Origin: Shigella phage ESh20
Sequence record: ON528730
Reading direction: 5' to 3' (one strand)
DNA: 64,000 nt
In this document: positions 59,503 to 64,000 of the stretch, piece after piece
Numbering within the stretch: position 1 is the first letter of the stretch
How the letters are laid out: each line of letters begins with the position of its first letter
Program-made: the position numbers and the translations under genes
The notes under the pieces: generated by a model
The model's input: the letters and a program-made list of their open reading frames with translations, nothing else
The model's database searches: none
What the model was told of the DNA's origin: nothing

Positions 59503-59545
59503 TCTGTCAAGGGGTGTAAAAGCCCCTGTTTAGAGGTAGCGAAAA

Positions 59546-59839
59546 ATGAGTTTAAATTTGAAAGAAGGTCAGAAGGTTGTTATTGTTGACTACGACACAA
59601 AAAGCCTATTAACAAAAGGTGTGGTTACTGATATTGGTTCATCAGGAAATTACCCTATTGGTGTTAAAATTGATGAACCCTTTGTAATAGGTTCTGATGA
59701 CAAAGATGAGTTGTCTTTTCTCACAGGTGAGAGACTAACTTTCAACGGAGAATACCTATACCGTGGACATGTACATGAAGACCACAAGAAATGGGATTTA
59801 GAAGTGTTATCCGAAGAATACTATAACAAAAATTATTGA
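59546..59839 (+). CDS. Hypothetical protein (97 aa)
   Basis: ORF track. Confidence 0.5.
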   Translation: MSLNLKEGQKVVIVDYDTKSLLTKGVVTDIGSSGNYPIGVKIDEPFVIGSDDKDELSFLTGERLTFNGEYLYRGHVHEDHKKWDLEVLSEEYYNKNY

Positions 59840-59848
59840 GGCAAAACT

Positions 59849-60145
59849 ATGACTCCACAATCCAGAGGTGTTAAAGGTATCCACCCTCCAAAGGGTGGTT
59901 GGAAAGATAACACTTTCTACATCGTTGAAGTTGCTTACAAGCCACTTAACATGATTCATAAAGCGATGTTCTACACAGGGTTCTGTGATGATAATGGTGT
60001 ACCTGCTGGTTACAACTGGCTTATGAATGGTGGTTATGAAGAACTTTGCAATATTCAAGAAGCTTATTACTTGAAAGCTATTGCAGAGTTACCTGATGAG
60101 TTTCAAATTGAGAGAGATGAGGATTGGAAAGATGAAGAATGTTAA
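59849..60145 (+). CDS. Hypothetical protein (98 aa)
   Basis: ORF track. Confidence 0.5.
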   Translation: MTPQSRGVKGIHPPKGGWKDNTFYIVEVAYKPLNMIHKAMFYTGFCDDNGVPAGYNWLMNGGYEELCNIQEAYYLKAIAELPDEFQIERDEDWKDEEC

Positions 60146-60566
60146 AGAGACAGTACGCAAAGCTATGCTTAACAATGGTACTAAAGATGATATGTATAAA
60201 GATATCGTCGAAGACCTTGGTTGTTCAAGACATGCTGCAAAGGTTCTTCTTCATAGCTTTATCTGGGAGTGTTCAGAAGCTTACATGCAATCTGTAATAA
60301 CTGAAGGGCTTGATATGTCTCTACCTGAACGCTTCAAAGAAGAGACTAAGGCTAGTTCCATAAAGCTAAACACACTCTATATTGTAGAAACCGTTGATAC
60401 AGGTGAACCAGTAGGCACAATACATATTGAAAGTATGTGTGATGGTAAGTTCCTTGGTTATGGTGAAGCAAACGCATATAGTGCATTCTCAACCGCACAC
60501 TGGATAGTTGAAAATGATGGGTATATTCAGGTCAATGGTAAAAATACTTTCAAACTTAAGATGTGA
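60132..60566 (+). CDS. Hypothetical protein (about 144 aa)
   Basis: ORF track frame; start set to ATG 60132. Confidence 0.45.
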   Translation: MKNVKETVRKAMLNNGTKDDMYKDIVEDLGCSRHAAKVLLHSFIWECSEAYMQSVITEGLDMSLPERFKEETKASSIKLNTLYIVETVDTGEPVGTIHIESMCDGKFLGYGEANAYSAFSTAHWIVENDGYIQVNGKNTFKLKM

Positions 60567-61234
60567 TTATGGGACACCTACTGAAGAAGAGTTGGAAGAA
60601 CTTAACAGATATGGTTCCCCATCTGAAGAGGGAGAGAAAGAACTCAGAAGAATGGGAAGCAATTACTAAGAAATGTTTTAAGGATTTGATAGAGATGAAA
60701 AAGTTTGAACTTGAAAGAAAGTATCTGGTACTTAGCCTAGATGATATCAACACACATCTTGACGAAAGTGAGAAGTGGTCTTTAGACTTACTTGTTAATC
60801 GACTTAAGATGGAACGAGAAGATTCAGGTAAAGAGCCACTTGAAGGTGTCTTTGTCAAGAAGTCTTATCCGTTCTATGAAGATACTTTGAAGAAACTTGA
60901 GATGTATGTTAAGCAGCAGAACCGTAAAGAGTTCTCTATGATTTCTCTTGGTGGACAACAAATGCTGGTTATGGAAGATATAAACCCTAAGAGAACCAAC
61001 AAAGGTGTTTGTATCAAGGTCACAGGTAAAGAAGAATTTGTTGAATATGACATACTCAGACACATTATAGATGGTTTGGGTGTTGTACTGAACATGAATG
61101 AATACCATATTAGTTCACACCCGATTAAGGGTGACCAGATAATGATTCAGGTAAGAGAACGTCATAATGGGTTCACACACTTCTTCCAGACTTCTAAAAC
61201 TTCATTGCAAACTATGCTTAGTGAAGTGATGTAA
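60563..61234 (+). CDS. Hypothetical protein (223 aa)
   Basis: ORF track. Confidence 0.5.
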   Translation: MIMGHLLKKSWKNLTDMVPHLKRERKNSEEWEAITKKCFKDLIEMKKFELERKYLVLSLDDINTHLDESEKWSLDLLVNRLKMEREDSGKEPLEGVFVKKSYPFYEDTLKKLEMYVKQQNRKEFSMISLGGQQMLVMEDINPKRTNKGVCIKVTGKEEFVEYDILRHIIDGLGVVLNMNEYHISSHPIKGDQIMIQVRERHNGFTHFFQTSKTSLQTMLSEVM

Positions 61235-61242
61235 AACTATAC

Positions 61243-61267
61243 AGCCCCTTAATTGGGGCTTTTTATT
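61243..61267 (+). terminator. Rho-independent terminator ending the plus-strand block
   Basis: AGCCCC-ttaatt-GGGGCT followed by TTTTTATT. Confidence 0.7.
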
Positions 61268-61269
61268 GA

Positions 61270-62842
61270 GTAAAATTTACGAAATTTATAATTTTTATAA
61301 AATTTGGGATTCACTCCGTTCATCTTGGGTCACCATGATATGTGATAAAATATCTATACCCTTCTAAACACCCTCTCTAAGCATCATCTCTATATAGTAT
61401 TATATAGTATCTATATAGCCTCTTAGTCCCTAAATAGTGCTCTCTATATAGCCCTCTATAAAGCCTTCTAAGCCTCCCATTAATCAACCCTATACAATCA
61501 CCTTCCTAACCTCTTCCTAGCCCCTTAGGAGCCCCTATACTCATCTTAATCTCTAGGTAAACGATAGTACCCTATATAGCAGAATCACTAGGTATTACTA
61601 AGCCTCTATATAGACTGTTATATAACACTAAACAGGTATTCCCTGTAAAGGCTTATCCTACAAGGTCTAACACGGCACTAACAAGGTCTCTTATAAGCCT
61701 GTTAATTCCTGTTTTATATAAGATAGTGTATAGATAGTTATTCAGAATTATAAAATTTTTATAAAATAGACTAGGTAGTGTTTATTTAGGGGTCTTTGGA
61801 GAATCTGAAAAATATCTACTTAGGATGTATATCTGCTTGGTAGCCCTTAACAGCCCTGTAACATCCCCTTTGCAAAATCTTAAAATATCATTAACAATCT
61901 CTTAACAACTCTCCCAAGCTCTTAACATCTCTTCAAAGTTCTTAACAGTCTCTTAACAGAACTAACAAGAGCTTAACAAGTCTGTAACATTGCTTACAAG
62001 AGTCTAACAAGTTGCTTATAAGTTGCTAAATAGTTAAATCTTAAGAGTTATTTTGTTAAGATAATTAACAAGATGCTAACAAGTTCTAAACCTTTTTAAC
62101 AAGCTATTAACATGGTCACAGTGGTTGTTTACAAACACAACTTCTCTTGGTCTATAGCTCCCTATGCTTCTTAGTGATTCTCTATAAAGCCCTCTTAAAA
62201 GCTCTGTATAGCTCTGTATAGCCTCTTCTAAGGTTCTCCCTAGTAACTACACCCCAACTACCTGTATAGCTCTTTATAGGGCTTTCTAGGGGCTTATACA
62301 GGGACTTCAAAGAGTCTAACAAGCTTTTAACATACCACTAACAAGGATTTAACAAGGGGCTAACAAGTCTCTAATAAGCATAACTATGTAGCATTTGTTA
62401 AGATTTTGTTAAGAGAATGTAAAGGGGGCTAACTTTTACGTTACTTTTACGTTACTTTTACGTTACTTTTACGTTACTTTTACGTTACTTTTAAGCTCTT
62501 TTTAGTTCCCCATAACACATTACTAAGTAACTAGCAAGCCCCCTGTTTAACTATTCACAAGATTCTATCCAGCTTATAAGCTTATACCCTTATAAGATTC
62601 TTTTAAGGCTCTGGAAAGCTCTATAAAGGGCTTTTAAGAGTAGGTTAATATGATTGCTTAAGATGAGATGATAAGCCCGTATAGAGCGTTATAGAGCGTT
62701 TTAGGGATTGCCCTTCCCTTTCGGGTTATGGGCTTATATTTAAGTTGATTTGATAAGAGGATATAGAGTAAGCTATAGAGTTATTGTTCTAAATGTATGA
62801 GATAGATTCTATCGAATCAATGGTAAGATTCTAGGAAGACGT
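61270..62842. repeat. Repeat-dense non-coding region (candidate origin / packaging region)
   Basis: About 1.6 kb without long ORFs; recurring CTATATAG, CTCTATAAAGCC, TTAACA and CTAACAAG motifs, AT-rich near-palindromes, tandem 11-mers. Confidence 0.6.
62432..62493. repeat. Tandem repeat, 11-bp unit ACTTTTACGTT x about 5.6
   Basis: Read directly: aacttttacgttacttttacgttacttttacgttacttttacgttacttttaa. Confidence 0.85.
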
Positions 62843-62864
62843 AAAAAAGCCCCATCTAAGGGGC
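62843..62864 (-). terminator. Rho-independent terminator (minus strand)
   Basis: Minus strand GCCCC-ttagat-GGGGC followed by TTTTTT, downstream of gene ending at 62907. Confidence 0.65.
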
Positions 62865-62906
62865 TGTAAAGGTGTCTGGGGCTATTTGCCCCGTTGCGGC
62901 GACTTG

Positions 62907-63158
62907 TTAGTTATTGAAGCCGTCAACTTCATAGTAAAGCGTGATAAGAGAATCACCCCAATAGTAAGAGGATTTGCCATCCTTTAAGACTTCTTGTTTT
63001 ACTTCTTTCCAGAACCACTCAGATTGATTGTAGTCCTGAATAGTTGCTTTTAGACACATATCAACCATGCCAAAAACATCGCCAGTTCCAACCATATCAA
63101 ATTTAACATCTAATACATGGAAGCCAAAATTGTTAACAGTTGCGTGGATAGTAGCCAT
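62907..63158 (-). CDS. Hypothetical protein (83 aa)
   Basis: ORF track. Confidence 0.5.
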   Translation of the reverse strand: MATIHATVNNFGFHVLDVKFDMVGTGDVFGMVDMCLKATIQDYNQSEWFWKEVKQEVLKDGKSSYYWGDSLITLYYEVDGFNN

Positions 63159-63164
63159 TTTCAG

Positions 63165-63230
63165 ATTCTCCAGTTTAGGAATTTAGGTTAGTGGGGAAGT
63201 CTCCCTCCCCGTTGAAAGTAATATTAATTC
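63165..63230 (-). promoter_or_regulatory. Conserved intergenic element, copy 1
   Basis: Shares TCTCCAGTTTAGGA...GGGGAAG.TC..CCTCCCCGTTGA.AAGTA with copy 2; contains hairpin-forming GGGGAAG/CCTCCCC. Confidence 0.45.
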
Positions 63231-63487
63231 ATTGCTGCATAAGTTGCAAGTCTTTTTTCATTGTATTTTGTAAGAATCTCACAAGATAAAACGTCATATT
63301 TTGCAACGGCTTCAGATTTAGTTAAACCAAAATGGCTTACAATTTCACCATTCATGAATCCGACTACTTCATAAGATTCTGCGATGATTTCACCGTTGAA
63401 CCAATCACTTTCAATACGTTTGCAAAGTTGGATATCTTCTTTGTCAGTACCGATTTGTAACAGGATAGTGATTTCTTGATTATTCAT
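63224..63487 (-). CDS. Hypothetical protein (87 aa)
   Basis: ORF track. Confidence 0.5.
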   Translation of the reverse strand: MNNQEITILLQIGTDKEDIQLCKRIESDWFNGEIIAESYEVVGFMNGEIVSHFGLTKSEAVAKYDVLSCEILTKYNEKRLATYAAMN

Positions 63488-63494
63488 TTTCTAG

Positions 63495-63560
63495 TCTCCA
63501 GTTTAGGATTGTTGGGGAAGGTCATTCCCTCCCCGTTGATAAGTACTTTATAGATTTGTG
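63495..63560 (-). promoter_or_regulatory. Conserved intergenic element, copy 2
   Basis: Same motif set as copy 1, in the equivalent position upstream of the next minus-strand gene. Confidence 0.45.
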
Positions 63561-63898
63561 ATGATTTCGTCAAGGGAATTTTCTAAGTTTTTTAAAGATT
63601 GTTCGTAAAGCCTAATTCCCCTATTTAATGCTTCCCCTAACGTAATTTTAAAATTAGTTGTTGGGTAGTCACTTGTAAAGATGTTTTCCACTTCATAGAG
63701 TGGGTATTGTTGGTTACCCGTTCCCATAGCATACATCCCTGTATAATGGATTGCAATAAAAAGATTATGGGACTTAATAGAGCGCTCATAAGCCATTTTA
63801 AAGCGGTTTAACTCGTTTTTAGTTGCCTTAATAGCCATTTCGTGAATTTCTGCGACTATAGCCATATAATCATTCAGAATGAGAGAAATAGCCCCCAT
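63548..63898 (-). CDS. Hypothetical protein (116 aa or longer; frame stays open upstream to window edge)
   Basis: ORF track; the 102 nt upstream of ATG 63898 are in-frame without a stop. Confidence 0.45.
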   Translation of the reverse strand: MGAISLILNDYMAIVAEIHEMAIKATKNELNRFKMAYERSIKSHNLFIAIHYTGMYAMGTGNQQYPLYEVENIFTSDYPTTNFKITLGEALNRGIRLYEQSLKNLENSLDEIITNL

Positions 63899-64000
63899 AA
63901 AGTTGTTAGCTGTTACCGCTTTTACATTTGGTCGGTGTACATAAAACTTCTTATCTTCCCCTTTTGTGATAACTGCAAAAACTTTGCTCTTTAAGGTAAA

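Noticed and set aside
62432-62493. Possible CRISPR array (regular short repeats)
   Set aside because: The 11-bp unit repeats head-to-tail with no spacers, so this is a simple tandem repeat rather than a repeat-spacer array; no cas genes nearby.

Overview
This window is a contiguous piece of a virulent tailed dsDNA phage genome, AT-rich and densely packed with genes in alternating strand blocks. All calls are from reading the sequence and ORF track by eye; no searches or folding programs were run.

Layout:
- 1-10.8 kb (minus strand): replication and nucleotide metabolism genes, including class I ribonucleotide reductase alpha (truncated at the window edge), a flap endonuclease, an SSB-like protein, a T7 gp4-like primase/helicase and a dNMP kinase.
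- 11.0-21.6 kb (plus strand): family A DNA polymerase, immediately followed by an HNH-AP2 homing endonuclease, then small early genes, ATP-dependent DNA ligase, DHFR and thymidylate synthase.
- 21.6-45.4 kb (minus strand): morphogenesis module. Two tail fibres with His-x-His-rich tips, baseplate, tape measure, putative tube and sheath (myovirus-like), lambda-like head genes (capsid, decoration, protease/scaffold, portal) and large terminase.
- 45.6-50.65 kb (minus strand): an array of about 27 tRNA genes with embedded non-tRNA structured spacers and recurring spacer motifs.
- 50.8-52.7 kb (minus strand): a vWA-domain protein and a small basic protein.
- 53.0-61.2 kb (plus strand): mostly unknown genes, an Ig-like repeat protein and a T4-type lysozyme.
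- 61.3-62.9 kb: a 1.6 kb non-coding, repeat-dense region between convergent terminators.
- 62.9-64.0 kb (minus strand): a further operon with a duplicated intergenic element.

The two most unusual loci are the repeat-dense non-coding region (candidate origin or packaging region) and the tRNA array with its tRNA-like but non-tRNA elements next to a vWA-domain protein (speculative Ro60/Y-RNA-like pairing).
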